Positions 28,575 to 39,429 of a stretch of 62,058 nucleotides of DNA are shown piece after piece. Numbering within the stretch: position 1 is the first letter of the stretch; every line of letters begins with the position of its first letter. The notes below the pieces were generated by a model. That model did not search any database. It saw nothing but the letters and a program-made list of their open reading frames with translations, and was not told where the DNA came from. Origin of the DNA: a virus (Duplodnaviria; Caudoviricetes); the IMG/VR virus record IMGVR_UViG_3300023170_004698, positions 1-62,058 of that record. The stretch is one strand, 5' to 3'. A program made the translations under genes and the position numbers.

Positions 28575-31500
28575 TTATTTTATACTGTCGAGGAGGCGAA
28601 TTATTGCCTCGTCCTTAATTATAATCTCCTCGAAAATATCTGTCCTGTATTTTTCAGATTTTTTAATGAAGTTTTTGCAAATAATCCTGGAAGAAATTTT
28701 ATTAAACAAGGATGCAGAGTCAAATATCATGGCTTTCTTTGGATCATATATGCTGTAAACATCTTGGGTCACAAGACTTTCCTCATATTCTTCCATAAAT
28801 GATTCGATTGCATCAAATTTCTTGCTAAAGAATTTTTCAAGAGAATCGGAAAATCTATAAGTTCGGATGACTTTATCGCCTTTACCTTCTGGCTTCCTTG
28901 TTGAGACAAGGCTTTTCAAATCGCCTATATCAAGAATGTCTGATCCGGCTTCAAGGTCTCTTATTGAATCAAAATCTCTCTCACCCTTTCTTCTAAATAT
29001 AGGGCCATCTAAAACGAACTTTGGAATGCCAAATCCGGCCTCATTACCCTGGCGATCGCCGGAAACACTTATCGCCATAAATGGAGGAGTATAATGCCTC
29101 CACTCAGGTATTCTTACATCAAAGGAATTGGAAAATCTTGAAGCCGGGCTACCTACGCTCATGCTAATGCCAGATACCACGCCTGTTTCGTCATCCTTTA
29201 TGACCTCGACGGGGTTTGAATCATCTCTTGCCTCGCCCCATAGAGCGGACATTGAAATCTTTTTTCTGCGAACAAGAAGATCATAAGGATCTAGCAGATC
29301 GGCTCCAGCTAGAGGCTCTCCCTCAGACACGTAGCGCCTCTCTCCCCTATAGCCATTCATTAGCTCGGCTAATTTATCATAACCGTGCAGTGAAGCTATA
29401 AATTCCTTTGTTATATCAATGGCCTCGCTAATGCCACTATATTCATCAATTTCTACAGGTATAATGCTGCTGCCAGCGTATTCTGCTCCAAAGCAAGGGC
29501 TGGATATAAGCATATTTGCCAATACCGGGTTAATAAGAGGAACGTAAAGGCCGGTGTTGGTAGAGAATTTCTCGCCATCCCTCAGGGTTCTCGCCCCTGA
29601 CTCAAGAGCTATATAAAGCGGCAGACTTCTGTACTCATTCATTTTTGACTTTGCATATTTTGAAAAACTTTCTTTTGCACTTCTTTTACCGTCTAAATCT
29701 AGCTTATTATACTTTCTTTGGAATTCCTTGTACTCTTTGTCTATTTGAAGCAAAATATTAGCTGCAGCTTCTGGAGGATCCCTCATTAAGAGATCAGATA
29801 AGTTTATCTCCAGGACACCGCCGCCAGGTATTTGTATTTCAAACGGAATATCGGCAAGCGATACATTTACAGCATCTGTAGGAGCCTTTATTGATTCAAG
29901 TCTATCAAGCAAAATCGGTAGAGGAACCCCTATTCCGCAATTTGCGCCAGGAAGCGGCGGATAGGCCTTTTTTGACGGAGAGACTTGCCCATACTGGCCT
30001 ATATGAATTCCAGACTCAGTGTCTATACCCAGGGAGTCATTTCTGTATCCAGATATATTGCCTGCATCATCTGTGCTTATAAACGTGTTAGGATGATTTG
30101 CAATAGAAACTGCAGCATCCTCTGTTGCTTTTGCTCCAGGTATTTTTGAGCCTCTTCCGACGAATAGTCTCCATCCATTATTGTAAAATTCTTTATGCAA
30201 ATCAGAGAAGGCATCTGATTCGACCATCTGGCTTATTGCTAAAAACTTATCCAAATCGGCAGCATGTATCAATAGGGCATAATCATATGCGGCTATAAGC
30301 TCTCTGCTTATACCTAATATATAGTTCTTCTCTCTACGCCCCCCTTGACCCTTGATTATAATATCTTTTATTACATATATTGGCTTAGATAAGCCTCCGG
30401 AGAGAGCCTTGGGGCTTGGGGTTAGTATGGGGTGGGTTATTGAGGGTAGCAAAATATGAGAATTATCCGGCTCAGCAAAGTAGTTTGAGTATTTGCTGCT
30501 GCCACTAGGGGGTGCCAACGATACTTCAATATTTTTAACGTTAGCTATTACTCTATTTATAATTGATTCTGAGTAACTTTTTTCAGATGCAGTTGAGGCC
30601 TCTGACGCCAAAACTTCCTTGTAAACACTTTTTATATAATCTAAGGCTGCAGATTGGTAGTAGCCCGACCTACAAGCATATGCAGCACCATTATGAACTC
30701 TGCCAAGTTCTTTTATTGCAGATTTTTGCCCATCTACAACCGGAATTATATCATTAACAAGTTTTTTTATAAAAGGCCTAAAGTCATCCTCGGTATATCC
30801 GCGCCCTTCCTTGGTGCCAAATCTTTTTCGAACATCATCCGCGAGGCTTTCACAATCTGCCGATATACTGCTTTCTATTATATCATTAAGAAGAAGATTT
30901 TCAACAGTTATTGAAACTATTGTCTCTGGAGTCATCTCTCCATTTTCTGGGGCAAGACTGCCAAGTGGCTCATACCCTATGTATCTAACTGAATTTTTGC
31001 TAAAGAACTTATTATATATAGAAGATAGCTTTTCTGCAATATAAAATGCTGTAGCAGCAGTTACAATCTGCTTGCCTAGCCACACTTCAGTGATGTTCAT
31101 TACCATTGGGCCAACATTCCCTCCGGATAATTTGCCTATCTCCTTGGCCATATCTTTTACGAACTTTTTGCCCTCGGAGGCTTCTATGGTTTCGGAAGAT
31201 TGGTCGCTACCTTCAGGGATGTCGGACCTATCTACATAAAAAATATTTGAAAATGCACTTACGACATCTTCTATTTTTAATGAAAATAATCTGCTTCTAA
31301 TATCTTGAACTGACTGATCTACAAAAGCATTAACTCTATCGCCTGGCAGGGCATTCAAAATTCCGCTAACTATTAAGCGGTGCAAATAATCTTTAAATGC
31401 TCCTCTGATAGAGTAAATGAAAGCTCTAGCATCTCCTCCAACATCCTGTATTAGCTTCCGCCTGATATTACCTATGGAGTCCCCAACTATTTTTCTATAC

Positions 31501-34500
31501 TGATCGTCTTCATCGTATATCGCCTCAGATGCTCCAGATACAATCTTCGACACAAATCTTTCCAGGTTCTGATCGAAATCTGGTATTTCAATGTCTTCGC
31601 CCTTTACAACCTTCTTTTTGCCTATATCTGCGCCCCAAATCGTGGCGGTTTTAGCATTAGTTGCAGTGGAGGCAATCAAAAGCTCCTGTATTGATACAAT
31701 ATAGCTCTGCACTAAAGCCAGCATTAGAGCCTCATTCTTTTTGGATATTTCCTTCTGCACTTCTATAGCTTCAATAAGCTTTTCTGGATCTGCAGTAAGC
31801 CCCACAAGAGCTTCCTCCGCATTACTACCCTGAGCTTCAACTCTATCTAGGTGACTGGCGACTAATTTTTCTCCGGATTCGGACTTCCTGCCGACAACTA
31901 AGTTGTTCTTTATCCTTCCTGCTTCAGCGCCCTTAAGTAGAGCAGAACGAGATTGCCCCGAAACATTCGACTCAGTGCTATCAATAGGGCTACTTACAAG
32001 GGGAGAACTCATTGGATACATAGATAGAATCTTTCTGCCTACATCATATCTGAGGCTGCCCTTTGAGTCAGGATTTGGAAAATACACAGAACTAATTGGG
32101 TCTTGCCTAAAAATGAAATCTCTATAATCTGTAAGGCCTGCTTCAACCTCTTGCTCTGAGGCATACTTGATTGGAGCATTTTCCATTCTCAGTATAGCAC
32201 CAAGTTGGTTTTGCCCAGACTTGCCAAGTATATTCAGCTTCACAATATCCTTGACCTTCTCTTTTGTCAGAGGTATATCTATATATTTATTTGCAAAAGA
32301 TATTGAATCAGATATTTTAAAGTTGTGACCATGTACGCACTTCAATTCTATATCTTTTATAAAGCCGAAATAATCATCAAGATTTAATTGCTCACGCTTT
32401 GTCTTGGTAGTGCTAGTTGCCATTGCTTCTTTTAAGAGTAGCGATATTTTTTGTGACCTAGAAATTAAATCATCAGTTACAAGGTCGTCAAATGAAAAGT
32501 CTACACCTGATCCCTCTGGCCCAGATTCATTATACGCATGCTTTATCATTACAAATGGCAATACATCAGAAACATCTACACCCATTTGCATCATAGATTC
32601 TATGGTTCTGTTGTACTTTTCTGGATCATTTTCTATTAAATCTTTTATTTTTTCTGCGAAGTTAGCTCTATCAAACTGTGATATGCTAGTTTTTGCGCCA
32701 CAATAGAGGCTTAATATTTTTTTATCCTCATCAACCGCCTGCTCCACTGGGTGTCTGTAGCTCTGAATATCTTGAGCAGTGTCAGCAACTGGTATTGGCA
32801 TAGCCAAAAGTTTATACTTTTCAATGTTACGGCGTGCATCATCTGGGCTTTCAATCTCTATTTCTGAAGGACAAACAAATGATCTTGAAGAAAACCTGAA
32901 ACCACCTGACGCTTGACGGCTTGATAGCTCTAGCATTTTATCTCTTGCGGCTTGAGTCATTGATCCGCTTTTTACGGCATCATCAAGGTAGAGGCTAAGG
33001 CCTGAAATCACCTGATTTCCCTCAGAAAGGCCGCAAGAGAAGGGGCTTGAAATTTCTTCTGATTCAACCGTATCTCCGCTCAAAATTGCGATTGCTTCGT
33101 TGCGGCTAGCCTCGCTAGATACTTCATTCGGTATATTCGCAGCATAATCTGATAGAGCGCTAATTAGTTCAGACTCTAAGTCGGCCGGGCTAGATAAAGC
33201 TATTTCATTTGCTATCTCATTTATATCATTGATGTACTTTTGGTGAATTTCATTATTTTTATCAAGCCCTAACGCTTTTATGAATACTGTTAAACTTTCT
33301 CTTATGTTTATAATTGATCCTTTCCCGGTACTTTGATCAAACTTTAGTGCTGCAGGATCTACCTCGGGTCCGAATGGACACCTGATCCTTGATGTTGCAA
33401 TAAGTGATGATGGAGTGGATAGTTTTTTGCCACCCATTCTTTTTAAGACAAAAGCCTTTCGCTTTAATGCCTCTATATGCCTAAAATAATCTCCACTGCT
33501 CCAATCTTCTTCTATCTGCTCCCAGGTTTTTGGGGCCGAAATATTTCTAACTCTTTGCCCTAATTTTTCCGCCAACTCTTCAAGCTCTAGAACCTCTTCT
33601 TCGCTAAGATCAAATGGTCCCGCATTAATTAGCTCATCAAAAGTTATAACTCCTCCGCCACCAGCGGGAGTTCTGGTTAGAGAGTAGGTATCGATTTTTA
33701 TTTTGCTTATAGGATCTTTGGCTTTTCGGCCTTGCTCATCAGAATCTTCGCCCCCGAAGCCTTCCATCCTCTTTTTTGTGTCATATTTTCTATAGACTTC
33801 TTTGTTACAAACCGGACACTTATTTAAGTACCTTTTTATTTCAGTTTTAACAAACATACCATTCTTTAGCTTAAGGAAAAGAAAAGAACTTCCTATGTCA
33901 AATGCTATTTCGGAAACATTAGTATTTATAGGGCTGCTAATGTCTAGCGATAAGTCCAGTATTTTTCTTGAAATCTCAGAGTTTATAATTTTCTCAAAGC
34001 CTTCGCTAAATCCATCTCGTTGATATTTTACTTCGGACCTTTCCTTCTCTAAAAGTAACTCATATCTTCTTTCAAAAACATTGTTCCTTAGTCCTGGCCT
34101 AATTATGTTTACTATTGCGTTTACGAAGCGATCGCCCAACCCTCTATCTTTTAGCAGCATAAACTGATCAGCAAATCTCTCGTCTTCAACTACTGAATTT
34201 TTGTCTATATAAAAATTGGTTATCAGGCATCTGCTTATAATAGCATCTAAAGATGCCTTTTCATAGCCTGCATAGTTTGTCCTTAAATATCTTACAACTT
34301 GATTATCTCTAGATTTTATTGATGCAAAAAAGTAATCAATTTTCTTTATAAGAAATCTTCTATATACATTTATTTTTTTAGCAATATCAGCATCAATTAT
34401 ATCGGAATCCGACAAATCAGGAATATCATAGATTCGATTAGATGACTCAATTATAGATGCAACTTCTTCGTCTAGGACTCTTTTAATTGCAGCTATTTTG

Positions 34501-35633
34501 GTATCATCCACCTCAAGAAGAAAAGACTCAGAATCAGAACCAGGTATTTCAGTTATACCTATGGCATCTTCCATATTTTTGAATTTTCCAAAAAATATAG
34601 ATCCATCAAAGTCAAGAAAGCTGCTGCTGCCTATTCTCTCATAAAAAGAGCCAGGATCGTTAGAGTTCGGGATAGATCGATATAACTCTCTTGATTCTTT
34701 TTTTGGATCAATGCCTACGGCAGATTTATACTTATCTACACTTGATACCGCAAACTCTGTGTTGGGCGTAGACTTTGGAATAATCTTCTTATTCTTTGGA
34801 GCAAAGATTGAAGCATAAACTTCACTGTCGGAAGCTTCGAAATATCCTTTGATAATCTCAGAGTCTCTTTCTGATGTTATATAAACTGTTTCATCTAAAG
34901 AATTTGAAAAATCTAAAGATATTTCTGGCTCAGCTTCTACGGGCGACTCTTCCTCGGCTTCTTCCACTGGCGCCTCTTCAGAGACAGGCTCCTCGTAAAT
35001 AATGGCCTCTTCTTGTGGCTCTGCAGGAGTGAATGAATCTTTATTTTTTAAATATACCTTCTGGAGTTTTCTAAACTTTTCAATTCCAGAAACAGATGAT
35101 AGATCTCTTATAAGTTCGTTAACCCCATCTGTTATTACTATCTCCAAATTTTCTTTATCGTAAGCGCTAAAGCTGTCAAAGTAATCTATGAGGCTTCCGC
35201 AAAACTCTCTAAGCTCATCTAGGTTTGACTCAAAGTTACCGCTTCTGTCAGCCTTAGTAGTTGCAACAGATGCTTCCATCTCCTCAGTTACAACGCTATC
35301 CAATCTATTTATTATGTCCCTGGAGGCATCTACAAGGTCAGACATATCCTGCAGGTTTTTTTGATTGCCATTTATAATGATAGATTTATCTTGAATAAAA
35401 TTATCTGGAAAAACAGATACAAACATGCTCTCCAGGCTTTCTTCATTAAAAGAGCCGTCGTCTTCGGGGATCTCGCTATAGTGGGACTCCTCCTGCTCAG
35501 TGGCCGAAGTTATTGCGGAAGCAACCGAAACTACGTCATTTATCTGCTTCATGTGACTTAAGGCTCTAACCTTTATCCATCGAACACTTCTGAGAATTCC
35601 GATTATCTTTTTTGCATCTTGCACGTTTTTCAT
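28575..35633 (-). CDS. Very large hypothetical protein (2352 aa)
   Basis: Uninterrupted ORF; dispersed Cys motifs (CPVC, RCPF, SCG, VCP, YCG, KCVHGH); no catalytic motif recognised. Confidence 0.85.
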   Translation of the reverse strand: MKNVQDAKKIIGILRSVRWIKVRALSHMKQINDVVSVASAITSATEQEESHYSEIPEDDGSFNEESLESMFVSVFPDNFIQDKSIIINGNQKNLQDMSDLVDASRDIINRLDSVVTEEMEASVATTKADRSGNFESNLDELREFCGSLIDYFDSFSAYDKENLEIVITDGVNELIRDLSSVSGIEKFRKLQKVYLKNKDSFTPAEPQEEAIIYEEPVSEEAPVEEAEEESPVEAEPEISLDFSNSLDETVYITSERDSEIIKGYFEASDSEVYASIFAPKNKKIIPKSTPNTEFAVSSVDKYKSAVGIDPKKESRELYRSIPNSNDPGSFYERIGSSSFLDFDGSIFFGKFKNMEDAIGITEIPGSDSESFLLEVDDTKIAAIKRVLDEEVASIIESSNRIYDIPDLSDSDIIDADIAKKINVYRRFLIKKIDYFFASIKSRDNQVVRYLRTNYAGYEKASLDAIISRCLITNFYIDKNSVVEDERFADQFMLLKDRGLGDRFVNAIVNIIRPGLRNNVFERRYELLLEKERSEVKYQRDGFSEGFEKIINSEISRKILDLSLDISSPINTNVSEIAFDIGSSFLFLKLKNGMFVKTEIKRYLNKCPVCNKEVYRKYDTKKRMEGFGGEDSDEQGRKAKDPISKIKIDTYSLTRTPAGGGGVITFDELINAGPFDLSEEEVLELEELAEKLGQRVRNISAPKTWEQIEEDWSSGDYFRHIEALKRKAFVLKRMGGKKLSTPSSLIATSRIRCPFGPEVDPAALKFDQSTGKGSIINIRESLTVFIKALGLDKNNEIHQKYINDINEIANEIALSSPADLESELISALSDYAANIPNEVSSEASRNEAIAILSGDTVESEEISSPFSCGLSEGNQVISGLSLYLDDAVKSGSMTQAARDKMLELSSRQASGGFRFSSRSFVCPSEIEIESPDDARRNIEKYKLLAMPIPVADTAQDIQSYRHPVEQAVDEDKKILSLYCGAKTSISQFDRANFAEKIKDLIENDPEKYNRTIESMMQMGVDVSDVLPFVMIKHAYNESGPEGSGVDFSFDDLVTDDLISRSQKISLLLKEAMATSTTKTKREQLNLDDYFGFIKDIELKCVHGHNFKISDSISFANKYIDIPLTKEKVKDIVKLNILGKSGQNQLGAILRMENAPIKYASEQEVEAGLTDYRDFIFRQDPISSVYFPNPDSKGSLRYDVGRKILSMYPMSSPLVSSPIDSTESNVSGQSRSALLKGAEAGRIKNNLVVGRKSESGEKLVASHLDRVEAQGSNAEEALVGLTADPEKLIEAIEVQKEISKKNEALMLALVQSYIVSIQELLIASTATNAKTATIWGADIGKKKVVKGEDIEIPDFDQNLERFVSKIVSGASEAIYDEDDQYRKIVGDSIGNIRRKLIQDVGGDARAFIYSIRGAFKDYLHRLIVSGILNALPGDRVNAFVDQSVQDIRSRLFSLKIEDVVSAFSNIFYVDRSDIPEGSDQSSETIEASEGKKFVKDMAKEIGKLSGGNVGPMVMNITEVWLGKQIVTAATAFYIAEKLSSIYNKFFSKNSVRYIGYEPLGSLAPENGEMTPETIVSITVENLLLNDIIESSISADCESLADDVRKRFGTKEGRGYTEDDFRPFIKKLVNDIIPVVDGQKSAIKELGRVHNGAAYACRSGYYQSAALDYIKSVYKEVLASEASTASEKSYSESIINRVIANVKNIEVSLAPPSGSSKYSNYFAEPDNSHILLPSITHPILTPSPKALSGGLSKPIYVIKDIIIKGQGGRREKNYILGISRELIAAYDYALLIHAADLDKFLAISQMVESDAFSDLHKEFYNNGWRLFVGRGSKIPGAKATEDAAVSIANHPNTFISTDDAGNISGYRNDSLGIDTESGIHIGQYGQVSPSKKAYPPLPGANCGIGVPLPILLDRLESIKAPTDAVNVSLADIPFEIQIPGGGVLEINLSDLLMRDPPEAAANILLQIDKEYKEFQRKYNKLDLDGKRSAKESFSKYAKSKMNEYRSLPLYIALESGARTLRDGEKFSTNTGLYVPLINPVLANMLISSPCFGAEYAGSSIIPVEIDEYSGISEAIDITKEFIASLHGYDKLAELMNGYRGERRYVSEGEPLAGADLLDPYDLLVRRKKISMSALWGEARDDSNPVEVIKDDETGVVSGISMSVGSPASRFSNSFDVRIPEWRHYTPPFMAISVSGDRQGNEAGFGIPKFVLDGPIFRRKGERDFDSIRDLEAGSDILDIGDLKSLVSTRKPEGKGDKVIRTYRFSDSLEKFFSKKFDAIESFMEEYEESLVTQDVYSIYDPKKAMIFDSASLFNKISSRIICKNFIKKSEKYRTDIFEEIIIKDEAIIRLLDSIK

Positions 35634-36931
35634 TTGGTTATGCTCCCAATAATCCCTTTTATTTTATCTACTCTAGATTCCTGGTCATTACCAGATGGTT
35701 TCTTGACAAAGAATTGGTTATTATATTCTTCTTTTAACTCTTTTATTAGTAATTCTATATATTTTTTTGCTTCACTGATTTTTTCAGCTTCAGATCTTGT
35801 TGCTGCAATTAGTATCTTACTTTTATCTGAATCTATTTTTATGCTGTTATTTGACAAATTAATAGAGCTTATGGTTTCTTGATTTAAAGAATCTGCAACA
35901 TGAATAGAGTCTTGCTCTACGCCAAATAGTCTGCAAATTTCTAACTCAAGATCTTCATCAAGGTGGGTGGAAATTATTTTCCAGGCCGGCACTGTAGATA
36001 TAGCTTTCTTGTAAAGACCATCATCGTCCTTCAGGTTAAAAAAGCTCCGCTCAATAATTGCGTCAAGACAAACTTCTCGATCAGAATACAGAGTCCTGTA
36101 AAGAATCTCTGTTGTTTCATTTCCAACTCTATTCATTGGAGTAACTATGCCCCAGCCTCTCTGTGTAGACTTCTTAGAAATGGGCCGGCCAGTCTTAGAG
36201 AAAAACCCCTCGCCGTCTTTTAGTAGTCTTTTTAGCGATAATTGATCATCTGAAAATTTATCAAATATATCTACGATGGGGTAGATCGATAACATAAACT
36301 CATTATTATCGACAGATTTTGTAAGAGCATAGGCTTGCTCTATTGAGTCATTATAAAATTTAAATATATGATTTAATGCATCATCATAGAATGAATCAAC
36401 TTTATTTTTGAGATTCATAAAGTTTGATTTTGACATTTCTTTAGAGATTTTGCTTTCAAATCTTTTTGCCTCAACAAGCATGTGCCGAGATAAGCAGCAA
36501 ATCATTATTTTAATTCTAGCTTTTGCTTTTTCAAAAATTGCACCGTTATTTTTTTTAGCCAAATACTCTGCATATTTATCTATATTATTTGATAATATCT
36601 CAACATTGAGCAGCTTTTTGTGGACATCTCTTAAGTAATAAATCTTTTTATAGAGATTGCTTATCTGAGATAAAGCAACAAAGTTGTTATCAGGCTGTAT
36701 AGAAAACTTATAATTAAATGATGGACGATCTATCTTAAATAGCGTTAGTGCATCGCGAGCCTCTTCGATAGAAGAAAAATAAATTTCTTCAAATGCAAAC
36801 GCAATATACGCCTCTTCTTTTGCTATAAGTCTATCCTTATAGGCAGTGCTTTTTGAAGCACGCAAAAGAGATAGCTTATATTCAGCTATCTCTTTTTCAT
36901 TTTTAATAAATTTTAGTATTTTATCATTCAT
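35630..36931 (-). CDS. Hypothetical protein (433 aa)
   Basis: ORF translationally coupled to both neighbours. Confidence 0.75.
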   Translation of the reverse strand: MNDKILKFIKNEKEIAEYKLSLLRASKSTAYKDRLIAKEEAYIAFAFEEIYFSSIEEARDALTLFKIDRPSFNYKFSIQPDNNFVALSQISNLYKKIYYLRDVHKKLLNVEILSNNIDKYAEYLAKKNNGAIFEKAKARIKIMICCLSRHMLVEAKRFESKISKEMSKSNFMNLKNKVDSFYDDALNHIFKFYNDSIEQAYALTKSVDNNEFMLSIYPIVDIFDKFSDDQLSLKRLLKDGEGFFSKTGRPISKKSTQRGWGIVTPMNRVGNETTEILYRTLYSDREVCLDAIIERSFFNLKDDDGLYKKAISTVPAWKIISTHLDEDLELEICRLFGVEQDSIHVADSLNQETISSINLSNNSIKIDSDKSKILIAATRSEAEKISEAKKYIELLIKELKEEYNNQFFVKKPSGNDQESRVDKIKGIIGSITK

Positions 36932-37709
36932 CTCTAATATCTAGATCTTTAAGCCTTATGTCAGATAATAAATCAGATATTACATTGTTCTTTACTAGTC
37001 TCTTTAGCTTTTGACTTGCAGCCCAACCAGTTATGCCAACTTGGCTTGCCGCGTATTCCTTTGAATGCCCCTCTATCCATACTAGCTTTAGTATTTTAAA
37101 TGTTTTTTCATCTAGTGATTTTTCTAATCTTTCTAGGGCTATATCAATGTCTGCCTTGTCATATTCATTTATTCCGTCGAAGTAGAAGTTGTCAGAATTA
37201 GAAACCATTCCATCGTAAGCTATTTGCTCCCCACTGTTTGTGAGCAAGTCTTTGTTTAAGGATGAAAAAGAATATTCAGATCTAGAGGACCTATATTCTG
37301 GTTTTGGCGGCGAATCGCAAACCTTGCATATATTTTCATAGGCATCTATATCTGGCAACTCACATGAGCAGTGAGTATTTTCATCTGACATTTTCAAGAG
37401 GGAAGCATCATTACTAAGCTTGTTTAAGCTTTTTATTTTTGAAATAACCTTATACTTTATATGAGTTGTTAGGAATGAGCTTAACTTTACATTTTTGTCG
37501 GGGTCGTAAGCATTTATGCCCTCTATTGCTATAAGAGATACCTCTTGCTTTATATCCTCAAATGAGTAACCGGGCATGAAAGCTCTTGAGGCCCAGCCAC
37601 AAAGTAGTGGGTCTATTCTTTTTAGAATTTTGTCGTAACCCTCTTTCGTTATTTTGCTGATGAATATTTCTTCATCATACATTCTGACTAAACCTTCAAA
37701 CTTTTTCAT
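36924..37709 (-). CDS. Phage sigma70-family factor with Cys4 insert
   Basis: Region 2 FEDIKQEVSLIAIEGINAYDPDKNVKLSSFLTTHIK; region-4 HTH EGHSKEYAASQVGITGWAASQKLKR; insert CSC...CKVC. Confidence 0.85.
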   Translation of the reverse strand: MKKFEGLVRMYDEEIFISKITKEGYDKILKRIDPLLCGWASRAFMPGYSFEDIKQEVSLIAIEGINAYDPDKNVKLSSFLTTHIKYKVISKIKSLNKLSNDASLLKMSDENTHCSCELPDIDAYENICKVCDSPPKPEYRSSRSEYSFSSLNKDLLTNSGEQIAYDGMVSNSDNFYFDGINEYDKADIDIALERLEKSLDEKTFKILKLVWIEGHSKEYAASQVGITGWAASQKLKRLVKNNVISDLLSDIRLKDLDIRDE

Positions 37710-37712
37710 TTA

Positions 37713-38483
37713 TTACTCCGCCCATGCATCTTGACATATAGATCTGTAATCACAATATCTACATAATATAGAGGGCTTTTTCACCCAGGTCTTATCCTCG
37801 TATATCAAGCTGGACCTCTTGTGAAGCTTCTCATTACACTTGTCCATGTCGTATGAATTAAACTCATAATCTTTGGATGCAGATTTGTGCTTTAGCATAA
37901 CATAAGAACCATACACTTTTTTGACATCTTTAAATTTACGCCTTAGTGCTTCCGCATAAACTAAAAGCTGAAAGTCATTCAAGTACTTTGGATCTTTACT
38001 TGTTTTGTAATCTACAACAGCGTAAACACCTTCGGATACCCTATCGACTCTATCTATATAGCCTCTTACGACTGTATTCTCATTCAGATTAAAGCTATAA
38101 GGCATTTCGTTCGCCAAAACATTTGGAAGCTCGTCAAGCCCCCTGAGGTTATCAAGATAATCTTGAATCATTACCTTTAGCGCCATGGTGCCTGGCATTT
38201 CTCCTGACGGCATCCAAGTGTCTTGCTGTAGCAGCCTCAGGTCAAACTCTTTTACGCCTGCGACAAAGCACTCTTTCATTAGCGCCGGAAAGTCTGCTCT
38301 ATCTACGTGGTCCTTGAGCAGCCCCTCATGGAAAAGCTCTATAATCCTGTGAGCGCAAGACCCAAGCTCTGTAAATGCCCATTTCTCAACTTTTACATCT
38401 GGCTTTTCAATATACCTGTAATGGTACTTTTTGGGACACTTCTTGTGAGTGTCCAAAGACGATACTGAAAACTTCGTTATCAA
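37713..38483 (-). CDS. PD-(D/E)XK exonuclease, Cas4/AddB/RecB-like with Fe-S cysteines
   Basis: SVSSLDTHKKCP..Y, GSCAH, GYIDRVD, VVDYKT, QLLVYA, CRYCDYRSIC. Confidence 0.9.
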   Translation of the reverse strand: MITKFSVSSLDTHKKCPKKYHYRYIEKPDVKVEKWAFTELGSCAHRIIELFHEGLLKDHVDRADFPALMKECFVAGVKEFDLRLLQQDTWMPSGEMPGTMALKVMIQDYLDNLRGLDELPNVLANEMPYSFNLNENTVVRGYIDRVDRVSEGVYAVVDYKTSKDPKYLNDFQLLVYAEALRRKFKDVKKVYGSYVMLKHKSASKDYEFNSYDMDKCNEKLHKRSSLIYEDKTWVKKPSILCRYCDYRSICQDAWAE

Positions 38484-38507
38484 AATATTCTCCTATTTTG
38501 CTTAAGC

Positions 38508-38535
38508 ATTATAAACACAACAGGATACTTGGCAA
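38508..38535 (-). promoter_or_regulatory. Host sigma70-type promoter TTGCCA-16 nt-TATAAT
   Basis: Near-consensus -35/-10 in the intergenic region upstream of the nuclease/sigma operon, followed by an AGGAG RBS. Confidence 0.65.
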
Positions 38536-38562
38536 CACTTCTGATTAAAGCTCGGCTGGTCG

Positions 38563-39362
38563 TTATTTTATATAGTGCGGCCAGCGCAGAGCCTCCTCTC
38601 CAAGCTTATATCTAAACTCTATTGTTTTTTTGTCCGCGACAAATGAGTCTCCGGGACTTTCTTGTGGAGCATACACTATAACAGAATCTGCTCCCGACCA
38701 TATAATTGAGGATATATCTCTATCGAATATTTCATCTTGCATAATCTGAACGCCCCTTACAGCATAGAGACTAAGTCTTTGCCTTTAAATTCATCTCTCA
38801 TTTTCATCCTATCTATAGGAGTGCAGGCAACAACATCAATGTGGTCATACCGCCTTTCTGATACTGGTATTATATTCCTATAGCCTCCGTCATATCCCAG
38901 GTGCTCCTCGCCCTTGTGCGCAAAAGTTCCTGGTATCATTATTCCTGCCTGACAGCATGATGCCTGAACAGCATCGTGATACTCTCTGTCTAATCTCATA
39001 TCTTCTGCTTTTAAATTGAAATACTCTCCTGTTGTACCCGAAACGACCCCTGCCCTATATGGAATCTTAACCCTGTCTAGGCTAAGATATTTTTCAAGCT
39101 TCTTTCTAAGCGGAGCCATATCATAATACCCATTAAAGGGCCAATACCACCTTGGCCTCAAAAAGGCTCCAACTCCATCGACTGCGTCCCATACCTCTCT
39201 CAGTTTATCTAAATCATCTTGTGCTGCCATAGCTCCATTTATTGAGCCAACCGAAACTCCATAAATTGCATCATAATAATTTCTGCTGCAAAGCTCCTCT
39301 ATAACCGGAACCTGGACTGCTCCCCTAAAGGCTCCTCCCGACAATAATAATGCCCTACTCAT
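38563..39362 (-). pseudogene. Patatin-like phospholipase split by an apparent 1-nt frameshift near 38760
   Basis: LLLSGGAFRG, GVSVG (GxSxG), DGG. The ORF stops at 38757, but another frame continues RGVQIMQDEIFDRD...VYAPQESPGDSF...YKLGEEALRWPHYIK* to 38563, resembling a patatin C-terminus. Confidence 0.75.
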
Positions 39363-39429
39363 TATTCCTCCCTTAGAAGCGAAAACTGCCCCTATAGATA
39401 TTTCTGAGTATTAATAAAATAAACCTAAA

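Noticed and set aside
34599-34613. DFDGS in the giant protein, resembling the RNA polymerase NADFDGD motif
   Set aside because: It lacks the third Asp and the NA/P context, so it cannot support an RNAP call.
37713-38483. Cas4-like nuclease as a sign of CRISPR-Cas
   Set aside because: No repeat-spacer array or other cas genes were seen; solo Cas4-like nucleases are common in phages.
38563-39362. Patatin as part of CBASS, or as evidence of stop-codon recoding
   Set aside because: No CD-NTase is adjacent (the nucleotidyltransferase is CCA-type and 26 kb away). The continuation is in another frame, so it is not readthrough, and TAA, TAG and TGA all end genes normally.
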